From NCBI RefSeq assembly GCF_004010195.1, contig NC_057750.1, positions 17,983,466 through 18,047,465 on the forward strand: a stretch of 64,000 nucleotides of DNA, given 5' to 3'. How positions within the stretch are numbered: position 1 is the stretch's first letter; every line of letters begins with the position of its first letter. The stretch is from Chiloscyllium plagiosum. Lineage: Eukaryota. This document shows positions 37,620-49,870 of this stretch, in pieces. The position numbers were made by a program, and so were the translations under genes. Under the pieces are notes generated by a model that searched no databases, had not been told where the DNA came from, and saw only the letters and a list, made by a program, of their open reading frames with translations.

Positions 37620-38290
37620 CCTCCGTGACTACCTGGTCAGGTCCACGCCCCCCTACGACCCACCCTCCCATCCTGGCACTTTCCCCTAAAGGGAGAATAA
37701 AAGGAGTAATTCAGATTAAAGATGTTAAATTTCAAACCCATTGTTCTACCTGGTCAGGTCTACCTGGTCAGGTCCACGCCCCCCTACGACCCACCCTCCC
37801 ATCCTGGCACTTTCCCCTGCCACCGCAGGAACTGTAAAACCTGTGCCCACACCTCCTCCCTCACCTCCATCCAAGACCCTAAAGGAGCCTTCCACATCCA
37901 TCAAAATTTTACCTGCACATCCACTAATATCATCTATTGTATCCGTAGCTCCCGATGCGGTCACCTCTACATTGGGGAGACTGATTTATCTTTCAGCCCC
38001 ATTGCCCCCTCACCACATTCCTGACGATCTCCACCCTCTCCTCCCTGACCTATCACCTTCATCTCCTTCCCCCCTGACCTATTGTACTCTATGCCACTTT
38101 CTCCCCACCCCCCCCCTCCTCTAGCTTATCTCTCCACGCTTCAGGCTCTCTGCCTTTATTCCTGATGAAGGGCTTTTGCCCGAAACGTCGATTTTGCCTG
38201 TCCTCGGATGCTGCCTGAATTGCTGTGCTCTTCCAGCACCACTGATCCAGAATCTGGTTTCCAGCATCTGCAGTCATTGTTTTTACCATA
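37620..38290 (+). mobile_element. Truncated Penelope-like element with rearranged 5' junction
   Basis: CHRRNCKTC..FTCTSTNIIYCIRSSRCGHLYIGET GIY-YIG motif; hammerhead terminus. Confidence 0.9.
38162..38189 (+). ncRNA. Minimal type I hammerhead ribozyme core (PLE-associated)
   Basis: CTGATGA-a-gggc(tttt)gccc-GAAA-C-GTC; canonical GUC cleavage triplet. Confidence 0.75.
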
Positions 38291-39134
38291 ACTGGAAACA
38301 ATGCTCAATTGAGAGAGATTAGGAGAACATGGTAACACCCCAAAGAGTTTCTTTATGAATCAATAAAATCCACATAATGTAATATACATTACATACAAAA
38401 ACAATTGTAGCTGCTTTATCTATCTTCAAATAATAGTTCAGAAGGTATTTTAAAACTCTTACTCCAACAAATATCCGAAGTGACACACAGCATCAAAAAA
38501 CAAACTAAAACATATTCTGTTGTCTCAATGTGTTTTTGCAATCATCCCAGTTAATCGATTAGAATTTCTGCTGTATTCGCCCACAAACTTGGCTACTTTT
38601 GCATCATTATCTAGGACTCATGGCATTTTTCCTTCAATGATCTTTTGCAGCTACAAGTGTTCAAAGTAGGCAATCCAGGCCCTAGATGATTAGTACAGCA
38701 ATTGTAGATGACTCTCAATATCATGTCAAATTTTTGTAGGTACAAACAAGTCAGCAAACTTTGTTTTAACTGGCACCTGATGAATCTGGCTCTCGATAAA
38801 ATTGACAAAAAACATGCACCTCAAATACTGCACATAATTATTCAGTCCAATTATACCACCTTTCTAATGTATTTACCTCAATGTAAATATACTTCTTGTT
38901 CAATTAGGTTGCCACATGAAATATCAACAACTGATTCAACTTCTCAAATACTGTGATTTACCACAATGTCCGAGCAATCAGTTGAGGACGCGAGAGAAGT
39001 TTCTCGGCTGCCAAGTTTTATTTGAAACAAAGTTGTATTATTATTTAAGCGATTTATGCTGTAAATAAAGTGATATTCATACCTCTTGCATTAAGTTCCT
39101 ATTACTTAGTATGTGATTTACATTTATCATGTGG

Positions 39135-40110
39135 ACTTAGAACACAAAACCATACAGCAATGGTATGGACCCTTCGGCCCATGCTGTTGCACCAAACATG
39201 ATGCCAAATTAAACTAGTCCCTTCTGTCTGCCCTCGGTCCACTTTCCTCCACTCCTTGCATATTCATGTGCTTACCTAAAAGTCCTGTAAATGCCCCTAT
39301 CATATCTGCCTCCAACACCAACTCTGGTGCACATTCCAGACTCCACCATCCTCTGCTTAGGGAATTTACCCCTCACACCTCCTTCAAATTTTCCTGCTCA
39401 CCTTAAATGTATGCCCTCCTCATTTTAGACATTTCAACATTGGAGACAAAGAATCTGACTGTCAACCCTATCTATGTACATTGTAATTTTATAGACTTCA
39501 ATCAAGTCTCCCTTCAGCCTCTGCCACTCCAGAGAAACAACCCTCTAATCCAGGCAGCATCCTGGTAAACCTCTTCTGCACCCTCTCCAAAGATTCCACA
39601 TCCTTCCTGTAAAGTGGGGACCAGAACTGAATGCAATTCTCCAAGTGAGCCCTAACCAAAGTCTTATAAAGCTACAAGATGTCACCCTGACTTTTATACT
39701 CAATTCCCCGACCAATAAAGGCAAGCATGCCATATGCTTTCTTTACCATCTTATGTACTTCTGTGGTTAATTTCAGGGAGCTATGGACATGAATCTCAAG
39801 ATCCTTCTGTACATCAATGCTGCTCAGGGCCATGCAATTAGCTGTATACTTTTCCTTAACATTTGATTTCCCCAAGTGCAACACCTCGGATTAAACTCCA
39901 AGCTATGGACATGAATCTCAAGATCCTTCTGTACATCAATGCTGCTCAGGGCCATGCAATTAGCTGTATACTTTTCCTTAACATTTGATTTCCCCAAGTG
40001 CAACACCTCACTCTTACCCGGATTAAACTCCATTTGCCATTTCTCTGCCCATATCTGCAACTGATCTATATCCCACCATATCATTTGACAACTTTCTACA
40101 CTATCCACTT
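39135..40110 (-). mobile_element. CR1 LINE 3' fragment with internal tandem duplication
   Basis: [23 protein letters not shown]; duplicated unit 39779-39900 and 39901-40032. Confidence 0.85.
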
Positions 40111-40783
40111 CTTGATTATCCAGATTATTTGATCAACTGGCACATACCTGGTCTCATAGATGTTAGTTAATAAAAAGTTTGCTGTGCATTATTTCTACTG
40201 ATACTTACTACTAAAATGTTTCTACAAACAACAGTAGAGCTTTTCTTGCTCTTAGCAATAGTCTTCCACAATTTAGAGCAAGGCATTCTCCTGAAAGTTT
40301 GTTAAACATGGAGTTATAAACTATGGAATCCTATCAGGATGCCAATTCAGCAACTTTAGCTGCAAATAATATTAATATACAAGCCGCAAGTAGGCATTAC
40401 AATTATTGCCAGTGTTCCAAACCCTTGGAAAAAGTCTAGTTCAAGTGACAACCACTGGTAAGATAACACAGGAGTATGCATACCTCAGGTAGGAAGAGCA
40501 TTAGCAGCTGAAATGACGATTCAATACTTTTCTTAATTCACACCCTTAGCAATATGGGGTTTCTGAACTTTTGTTTTGAAACTCCATCTCATTATTTCAC
40601 CAATTTCAGTTGGATATCCCTCAACTGCAATTTTTTTGCACCAAAATTAAATTTCATTTCAAAGATCATTTTAGTTAAGGTGTTGTGTATAAAGTAACAT
40701 TGCAAAGTTACTTTAGAATTTAAGTTCAATATATTTTAGTAGTCAGTTACTTTGGGATAATTATTTTAGCTCTAAACACATAC

Positions 40784-40909
40784 CTGCAAATTTCACAGCA
40801 GTAATAGATGAGGAATGATCATCCAGCGTCTGCACCAGGCTGTATTGCTTGTCCACATTCAGTATATGAATCAAGCGGTCTCTACTTGCTGTCGCCAATA
40901 GATTCATTC
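40784..40909 (-). CDS. WDR62: Coding exon 7 of 15 (126 nt)
   Basis: atttag|GA..GCAG|gtatgt; (G)[41 protein letters not shown]; phase 1/1. Confidence 0.95.
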
Positions 40910-41559
40910 CTAAATAAAGTATTGCATATTAAACACACTGAACACCTGGTCAATGCCTGAAGAGATTAAAACAAGTACTTGGACTTTATTGAGTAAATTG
41001 TCCCAAGATAAAAAAAAGGAAATTAATTTGAATTATTCAGTAACCTGCATGTAATCGAGACAAATGTATTAAAACTTTGGTAAATTTCACAGCACAGAAT
41101 TAGAATCACTACACTCTTTTAGCCTCTCAGTTCTCAGTGTTGGCTGGGAGATGGGGAACGTCAACACCAGGCAGAACTGTTAAACTTCATCAAGTTTATC
41201 ATACCTGCATTTAGCAGAACATTCAAATAACAGTTTGAAGTGCGAATGACTATTTCAACATAACGTTTATTAAAGCAATTAGACATGGACAAAGACTTCC
41301 AATGGACAAGGGAAAAAAAATCAGAACAGTTATGTGGTCAACTATTCTAACCGAGCAACATATAACTTATAGTGCTATGCACCTGACCAGATCACTTCAA
41401 AATATTCAGAAGATAGTCTAGACTGAGGGCACTGCTGAGAAGGATTCTGGGAGGAATCATTTTCATCACTGCCCAGAAGCGAATAAAAGGAAGGCAAGTT
41501 ATAGTGGAGCATCCATTGTAAGACAAGCAGCTTTGTGGTTGAAGTGTTGATGAAGGTTT

Positions 41560-44130
41560 AAGTGTATCCTAAAGTGAACACCAGGCCTCAGTGAAGAGGA
41601 CAAGCAGCAGTGAGATAAGGCAGTCAGAGGAAGAGGTAACTATGGCAGCTGCTGAAGGCACACAGGTAAAGTCAAAGGAAGTTTAACTGTGAAGTGACAG
41701 GCAGCAGGTGAGCAAGTGACTGGTGAGTAGTTTCTCATCTCTTATTTTCTCTTCTCTTTTCTACCGATGATAACTTAAGGGTTAAGTCATGGCAGGAGAC
41801 CAGTGTCATGCTCCTCCTGTGTGATGTCCCTGACTCTTTCATGTGCAGGAAGTGTGTCCAGCTGCACACTTTCGGACGGCTTGACAACTCTGGAGCTGTG
41901 GGTGGCTTCAATATGGAACATCCACAAGTTTGAGGGAATCACGGATAGCATGTTCAGCAGGTTAGTCACACCGCAAATAAAAATGACTGTGGAAGATAGG
42001 GAATGTGTGAGCAACAGACAGAGGAAGAGTCGGAAGGCAGTGCAGGAGTCCCCTGCAATCTTTTTTCTCCAAAACAGATGGACATTTTGGATACTGTTGG
42101 GGAAATGGCTCACCGGTGAAGGAGACAGCAGCCAGGTTCATGGCACTGTGGCTGGGTCTGCTGCATAGGAGGGCAGAAAAAAAAAGGGTGGCACAGCTAT
42201 AGTGGTAGGGTATTAAATTGTAAGGAATAGATAGGCATTTCTGCAGCTGCAAACAAGAGTCTAAAATGATGTGCTGCCTCCCTATTTCATGGGAGTCCCA
42301 GAGTGGCTGCAGGACATTCCGGGAAGGGGTCGGACAGACTACTGTCGTGGTGCATATGGGCACCAATGATATTAGGTTAAAAAAAAAACAGGGTACGGTC
42401 TGACCAGCTGAATTTAGGGAGCTAGGAGTTAAAAACTAGGACCTCAAAATGTAGTAATCTCAGGATTGCTACCAGTGTCATGTGCTAGCCAAAGTAGGTA
42501 CATAGACAAGCAGGAGGCAAGAAGAACATGGTAAGCCAGGCAGCATCAGGAGATGGAGAAGTCAACATTTCAGGTATAACCCTTCTTAAGTTTTGTGTCT
42601 CTGGCCAGGGTAGATATGGCAGGATGGCAGAGACAAAGATGTAGCTTGAAGGCTGGTGCAAGAGGGAGGGATTCAAATTTTTGAGTCATTGGAATTAGAT
42701 GGTCTACACCTGGGCAGCACTGGAACCAATGTCGTAGGGGAGTATTTGTTGATGTTGCTGGGGAGGGTTTAAACTGATATGGCAGGGGGATGAGAACCAA
42801 GTCAGAGGGAAGTAAAGTGGGGACAGAAACAAAGGCCAGGAAGGGGAAAAGTGAAAGTTGAAGGCAGAGAAACCAAAGACAAAAATCAAAAAGGGTCACG
42901 TTTCACAATGATTCTAAAACATCAATAAATGTCAAAAAACTTAGCTTGGAGGATCTGTCTCTGAAATGAGAGGAACATTTGTAATAAGGTGTATGAATCA
43001 ACTGCACAAACAGTTATTAATGGATATAATGTAATTGGGATCACAGAAGCCCTTCAGGGTGACCAAAGATGGGAACTTAATATTCAATTTTCAGGAAAGA
43101 CAGACAGAAAGGAAGGAAAGGGAAATGCAGTAGCAGGAGGTTAACACAATACTAAGGGAGGTCAATGTAGAATCAGTATGGGTAGAGCTGCGGAACACCA
43201 ACGGGGAAAAGGTGTTAGTGGAAATTGTGTACAGATTATGAAACAGTAGCTGTGATGCTGGGACTGTATCAACTGGAAATTAGAAATACACGTAGTAAGG
43301 GTACAGCTGTTATTATGGGTGACTTCAATCTACATATAGATTGGACTAACCAAACTGGTAGCAATGCATTGGAAGAGGATTTCCTGGAATGTATGAGGAA
43401 CAGTTTCCTCGACCAATATGTTGAAGAACCAACTGGACAGCAAGCCATCCTACCCTGGGGAATGGGTAACGAAAGAGAATTAATTAACAACATGGTGGTT
43501 TGAAATCCTTTGGGGAAAAAAGTGACCATAATATGGTAGAATTCTTCATTAAGATGGAGTGTGACACAATTAAATCTTAAACTAGGGTCATAAACTTAAA
43601 GAAGGCTAACTTTGATGGTATGAAGCATGCATTAGCTAGATAAACTTGCCAAGGATACTTAAGAGGTTAACGGTGGATAGGCAATGGTAGACGTTTAAAG
43701 AACACATGGAGGAACTTCAACAACTATACATCCCTGTCTGGCGTAAGAGTAAAGCAGGGAAGGTGGCTCAACCATGACTAAATAGTGAAATTGGGAACAA
43801 TATTAAAGCCAAAAAAGAGGCATATAAACTGGCCAGAAAAAGCAGCAAACCAGAGGACTTGGAGATATTTAAAATTCGGCACAGGGAGTACAAAGGGTTT
43901 AATTTGGAAAGGGAAAATAGAATATGACAGTAAGTTTGCAGAAAACAAACATTGAATGCGAAATCTTCTAAAGATATGTGAAGAAAAAGAGACTGGTGGA
44001 GACAAATGTTGGTTCCTTGAAGTTCGAATCAAGTGAATTCATAATGGACAACAAAAAGATGGCAGACCAGCTAACACTAAGGAGGACACAAATAATCTTT
44101 AGGAAATGCTAGGGGACAGAGGGTCAAGTT
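41560..44130 (+). mobile_element. 5' half of a CR1 LINE (5' UTR, ORF1 zinc finger and SGNH esterase, ORF2 endonuclease), degraded
   Basis: CSSCVM near 41809, VVVHMGTNDI near 42344-42373, VIMGDFNLHIDW near 43310. Confidence 0.8.
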
Positions 44131-44149
44131 CTAATTTATCCCTCCATTT

Positions 44150-44910
44150 AGATCAACAGAGTAATACTCCCAAATGTGGAACACCTCCCCTTCTTGGGCA
44201 GCCACCTCTCATTTAAGGTTGACATCGATTTAAAGGTTGAACAAGGCATCCAATCAGTGTGTGCTGCCTTCAGGTGTCCAAGGGTGAGAGTATTCGATGA
44301 CTGCAACATCCACGCTGATGCTAAGATCAAAACATATAAGGCCATCTTTCCAACTCTTCTACATGGCACCCCCCCCACCAAAGCCAAGAAAAGTAGCAAT
44401 TTGGTTGACATGGGTTCTCTATAGCAGCTTGGAGAATAAGCATACTAACATCAGCATCCTTGAAGGAACCAATAGCATCAGCATCAAGGCCATGATAATC
44501 TGAAACCAACTCTGCCATGTGCAAAGGATGTCCAAGTTCTGACTACCAAAATAAATTGTCTTTGCTCAACTCAAGGAAGCACTCAAACAAGATGACCACT
44601 ATGGAAGTTTTCAAAGACACTCTGAAGACTTACTTCAAGAAGTGCAATATCAACGCCTGGGAGATTCTCGCTCAGACAAAAAAATCAACTTTGAGTATAG
44701 GAACCTCCTATATGAAGGGACACAATTCTTTGAAAACACTCACTGGCAAGAGAAATTGGAGAAAAGGAGCCCGAGAAAGCAATGTCAGCAAGTGAGATCA
44801 AGGACCAATTCTACCTCCCAGAAATACCTGCCAAATGTCTGGTCAGAGTGCAGATATAGGGTTGGGTTCATCAGCTACATGCAAGGACCCAGAGAACCAT
44901 GACTGGTGAC
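44150..44910 (+). mobile_element. RTE-clade LINE 3' fragment
   Basis: EHLPFLGSHLS..DIDLKVEQGIQSVCAAF..KIKTYKAIFPTLLHG; FKDTLKTYFKKCNI. Confidence 0.8.
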
Positions 44911-45815
44911 AAGGTATCTTACTCATTAGTGAATGATTGCCAAAGGTGGTGGAGCGTATGAATGTTTGTGGATGTGCTGCCAAATCAAGTAGGATGCTTT
45001 GAGGGATGGTGTTAAAACCTCGAGTATTGCTGGAGCTACATTCATCCAGGCTAGTGGAAAATTGGGAGGTTTGTTACTTGTTGAAAGATTCCTAGCCTCT
45101 GACCTGCTGTTGTAGACAGAATATTTACATGGGTCATCCAGTTCAGCTTCCAACCCAAGAAGTTGGAATTCAGTGATGATAATGTTATTGAATGTGAAAG
45201 GGTGATGGCTGGATTATCTCTTGTTGGAGATGGTCATTGCCCGGGTCATTCATGGCAAAAATGTTACTTGAGCTACTTGTCAGTCCAAGCTGGAATATTA
45301 CCCACTATTAGATACTACCCTGAAAAACTCCTGCTAATATGCCCTGCAGCTGAGATGACAGACCAACAACCATGTACCTTTATACCAGGTATTATTTCAA
45401 AGAGTGGAGAGGCTGCTCAGAGATCCATTGACAGTTTCTCCAATCTGTCCACATAACTCAAGTTCCTAGTCCCTGGCACCATTCTCAGAATGGTTTCTCT
45501 TTACATTCTTCTCAGGTAGTGTGTTCAGAAATGGACACAGGCCTTTTGTTGAGGTGAACCACATTTTAACATAAAAAGAAGCTCAAGTAATCAAAAAACT
45601 ACCACAGTAAATAACGGCATATAATTCTGGTCAGCCTACTTTAGAAGAATGCTACAAAATTGGAGAGGGTGCAAAAAAATTTACATGGATGTTAGAGAGA
45701 CTGAAAGGATTGAGTTATATGATGACACTGAATAGGCTGGGACTTTTACCTTGGAGCATAGGAGGTCGAGGGGTGTCCTTATAGAGATTTATAAAATCAT
45801 GAGGGGCACAGACAA

Positions 45816-47405
45816 AGAACAAAGAAAATTTACAGCCCAGGAACAGACCCTTCAGCCCTCCAAGCCTGAGCTGATCCAAATCTACTGTTAAACCTATTGC
45901 CCAATTCCTAAGCATCTGTATCCCTCTGCTCCCCACCCACTCATACATCTGTCCAGACTCATCTTGAATTAATCTACCATGCCTGCCTCTACTACCTCTG
46001 CTGGCAACACGTTCCAGACGCCCACCACCTTCTGTGAACAGTACTTGCCGCGTGTATCTCCCTTAAACTTTCAACCTCTCAATTTGAAAGCGTGACCTCT
46101 TGTTATTGAATCCTTCACCGTGGGAAAAAGCTCATCTCTATCCACCCTGTCTATACCCTTCATGATTTTGTAAACCTCAATCAGGTCCACCCTCAATCTC
46201 CTTTTTTCTAATGAAAACAAACCTAACCTACTCAACCTCTCTGTATTGCTAGCACCTTCCACACCATGCAACATACTAGTAAACCTTCTCTGCACTCTCT
46301 CCAAAGCGTCCACATCCTTTTGGTAATGTGGCGACCAGAACTGTACACAGTATTCTAAATGCAGCCGAACCAATATCTTGTACAATTTTAACATGACCTG
46401 CCAGCTCTTATTCAATACCCTGTCTAATGAAGGCAAGCATACCATATGCCTTCTTGACCACTCTATCCACCTGTGCAGCAACCTTCAGGGTACAATGGAC
46501 CTGAACTCCCAGATCTCTCTGATCAACTTTTCCCAAGGCTCTTCCTTTTACAGTATAATTCATTCTAGAGTTAGACTTGCCTAAATCCATCACCTTACAT
46601 TTGTCTGGATTGAACTCCATCTGCCACTTCTCCGCCCAATTCTCCAGTCTACATTCTCCTGTATTCTTTGACGGTCCCTTATGCTTTCTCCTACTCCACC
46701 AATCTTCATGTCATCTGCAAACTTGCTGATCATACCAACAGTGCCCTCTTCCAGATCATTTATGTATATCACAAACAACAGTGGCCCCAGCACTGATCCC
46801 TGTGGAACACCACTGGTCACCTTTCTCCATTTCAAGTAACTCCCTTCAACTACTACTCTGCCTCCTGTTGCTTAACTTGTTCTTTATCCACCTAGCTAGA
46901 ACACCCTGCACCCTGTGACTTCATTTTCGCTATTTGTTTACCATGGGGAACCTTATCAAACGCCTTACTAAAGTCCATGTGTACGGCATCAACAGCCCTT
47001 CCTTCATCTATCAACTTGGTCACTTCCTTGAAGAACTCTAAGTTGGTACGGCACGATCTCCCCCGCACAAAACCACGGTTCATATCACTGATAAGCCCAT
47101 TCTTTTCTAAATATAAATAGATCCTATCCCCCAATACCTTCTCCAGCAACTTTCCCACTACTGATGTCAGGCTCACTGGTCTGTAGTTACCCAGAATACC
47201 CCTACTACCTTTCTTGTACAGGGGGACAACATGAGCAACCTTCCAGTCCTCCGGCACCTCACCTGTGTTTAAGGATGCTACAAAGATATCTGCCAGGGCC
47301 TCAGCAATTTCCTCTCTCGCCTCCCTCAGCAACCTGGGACAGATCCCATCTGGTCCTGAGGATTTGTCCATCCTAATAACCCCGAGCCTACCCAACACAT
47401 CTTCC
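45816..47405 (-). mobile_element. Relatively young CR1 (RT to 3' tail) inserted in a plus-strand CR1 3' end (about 45560-47635)
   Basis: [41 protein letters not shown]; near-TSD CACAGACAA (45807) and CACATACAA (47406). Confidence 0.9.
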
Positions 47406-47897
47406 CACATACAAGATGAATCGCTCAGTTCTTTTCCCTGAGGGGCAACCTTTTCTACACAGAGGGCACAACATATATGGAACGAGCTGCCAGAGGGAGC
47501 AGTAGAGGTGGGAACAATTAAAAGACATTTGGACAAATACATCGATAGGAAAGATATAGGCCAAATGGAAAACTTTATCAGCTTGGACGAGTTGGGCCAA
47601 AGGACCAGTTTCTGTGCTTTATGACTATGACTCTAAAGGCGTTTCAAATATAAATCACATTCTTAACTGTCGCTCCTATCTAATCTACAAAACTGCACTA
47701 TAAACAGAAAATTAGTTTCTTATTACAAAAAGCCTCTTCGTAATATTTTCGTAATATCAAGCTGAATCATAACAATTCTGAAATTCTCCAAAAATGCCTT
47801 GAGTCTTTTGCTAATCACAATGGGCTGAAAACTTCAACAATTAAATTTCAAGCCCAGTTTCCCTTGACAGCTACAATGTTAAAATAGATAGCACAAA

Positions 47898-49510
47898 TGA
47901 TTTGGAGATGCTGGTGTTGGACTGGGGTGTACAAAGTTAAAAAATCACACAACACCAGGTTATAGTCCTCCAGGTTTAATTGGACACACTAGCTTTCGGA
48001 GCACTGCTCCTTCATCAGGTGGTTGTGGAGGACACAATTGTAAGACACAGAATTTATAGCAAAAGTTTACAGTGCGATATAACTGAAATTATACATTGAA
48101 AAATACCTTGATTGTTTGTTGAGTCTTTCATCTGTTCAAATGCCATGATAGTTTCACTTCTTTCATATGTAAATCACAAAATTTTTTAAAAAGTTACTTT
48201 GTCAGGTTAACTGTAACAACTGGTGTTAGCCAGATAATATGTTGAAGGTGTTAGCCCCCTGTGTTCTCTGTCTGTGCCATAATGTTTAGAATGTTATCTC
48301 ACTTTTTAGATTAGAATCAGAGTCTTACATGAATTCATGCAGTTTTTGAGCAAAGTACAACGTAACTCTGCATGTACAAATTCACCCCACAAACGTATAT
48401 GTATACACGTGCATGTGTGTGTGTGTCTGTCAACCTCCCCATCACAGACAGAGAGAGAGTGAGTATAATATTATATATTGTGTGTGTGTGTGTGTGAGAG
48501 AGAGTGAGAGATCTAAGTCTGTGAGAGGATGCATGTAAGAGTGTGGGAGTGTGAGAGTATCTGTGTGCACGCGCACTTCAGTGGTCCAGGACGTTCGACC
48601 TTGGACCTTCGGGTGACCATCCTCCAAGGCGGATTTCGGGACAGGAAGCAGCGAAAAGTGGCCGAGCAGAGGTTGATAGCTAAGTTCCGTACCAATAGGG
48701 AGGGCCTCAACCGGGACCTCGGGTTCATGTCACACTACAGGTGACCACCATTGCACTATACACAAAGACAAGCCTACACACACACACACACACACTCCTA
48801 TACACACACGTACGCACATACACTCGCACATATTCCCACACGCATCCTCTCACAGTCTTAGACCACTCTACACTCACACATACATATACCCTCTCTCAGA
48901 CACTCACAAACCCCAACTCAGATGCCTACAGACACACACTCCCACATGCACCCCCTCACAGACTTAGACACTCTACACTCACATACATATACACTCTATC
49001 TCACAATCACAACCCCCACCCCAGACAGACACACAAAGACACACATATACATATATGTTTGTGGGGTGAATTTATACTTGCAGAGTTACATTGTACTTTG
49101 CTCAAAAACTGCATGAATTCATGAAAGACTGTTATCTCACTTTTTAGATTAGAATCAGTCTAAACATTATGGTACAGGCAGAGAGCACGGTGCTAACCTT
49201 CAACTTATTATCTGGCTAACACCAATTGTTACAGTTAACCTGACAATGTAACTTTTAAAAAGAAGTTTTGTGATTTACATATGAAAGAAGTGAAACTAAC
49301 ATGGCATTCGAACAGATGAAAGACTCAACAAACAATCAAGGTATTTTTCAATGTATAATTTCAGTTATATCGCACTGTAAACTTTTGCTATAAATTCTGT
49401 GTCTTACAATTGTGTCCTCCACAGTCACTTGATGAAGGAGCGGCACTCTGAAAGCTAGTGTGTCCAGTTAAACCTGTAGGACTATAACCTGATGTTGTAT
49501 GATTGTTAAC
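47898..49510 (+). mobile_element. Penelope-like element: ORF 3' end flanked by ~480-bp inverted terminal arms, with TG/CA-rich simple sequence
   Basis: HFSGPGR..LRVTILQGG..RKVAEQRLIAKFRT..GLNRDLGFMSHYR* (to 48744); arms about 47935-48420 and 49040-49510. Confidence 0.88.
47990..48018 (-). ncRNA. Minimal type I hammerhead core, sense to the WDR62 pre-mRNA
   Basis: Minus strand cac-CTGATGA-a-ggagc(agt)gctcc-GAAA-GC-TA-gtg. Confidence 0.7.
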
Positions 49511-49778
49511 TAGCTAGCATAAAGGTTGTTTTGGACATATCACTGTTTTATGTTAAATTCATTTACAGTCAAGCTATTGGTGCACCTGTAGTCTGGACAC
49601 TGATATAAACACTGTGGAGGAAAGCAGCACAAAAAATAGGCAACCATATTTAGGTACTAAACACAACAGTTATTCAGAAGCAGTTTCAATATCAGCAGCG
49701 AGTCAAATCAATAGCAATAAAATCAAACAAATCCAGAGGCAGTAATCAAGAGACAGTCAAATTCACACAAGTACTCAC

Positions 49779-49870
49779 CTGTTTCTGGCTTAGAATACTC
49801 CAGACATAGAATCTCAGAGTCATGAGCTTCAACTTTCATCAGTTCATCCAAGAATTGCAGGTCAAAGATT
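49779..49870 (-). CDS. WDR62: Coding exon 6 of 15 (92 nt)
   Basis: tttcag|A..ACAG|gtgagt; [30 protein letters not shown]; phase 2/1. Confidence 0.95.

Noticed and set aside
46892..47542. Longest ORF (216 aa) as an independent gene or active RT
   Set aside because: Chimeric read-through across two CR1 copies; the RT is frameshifted and 5'-truncated.
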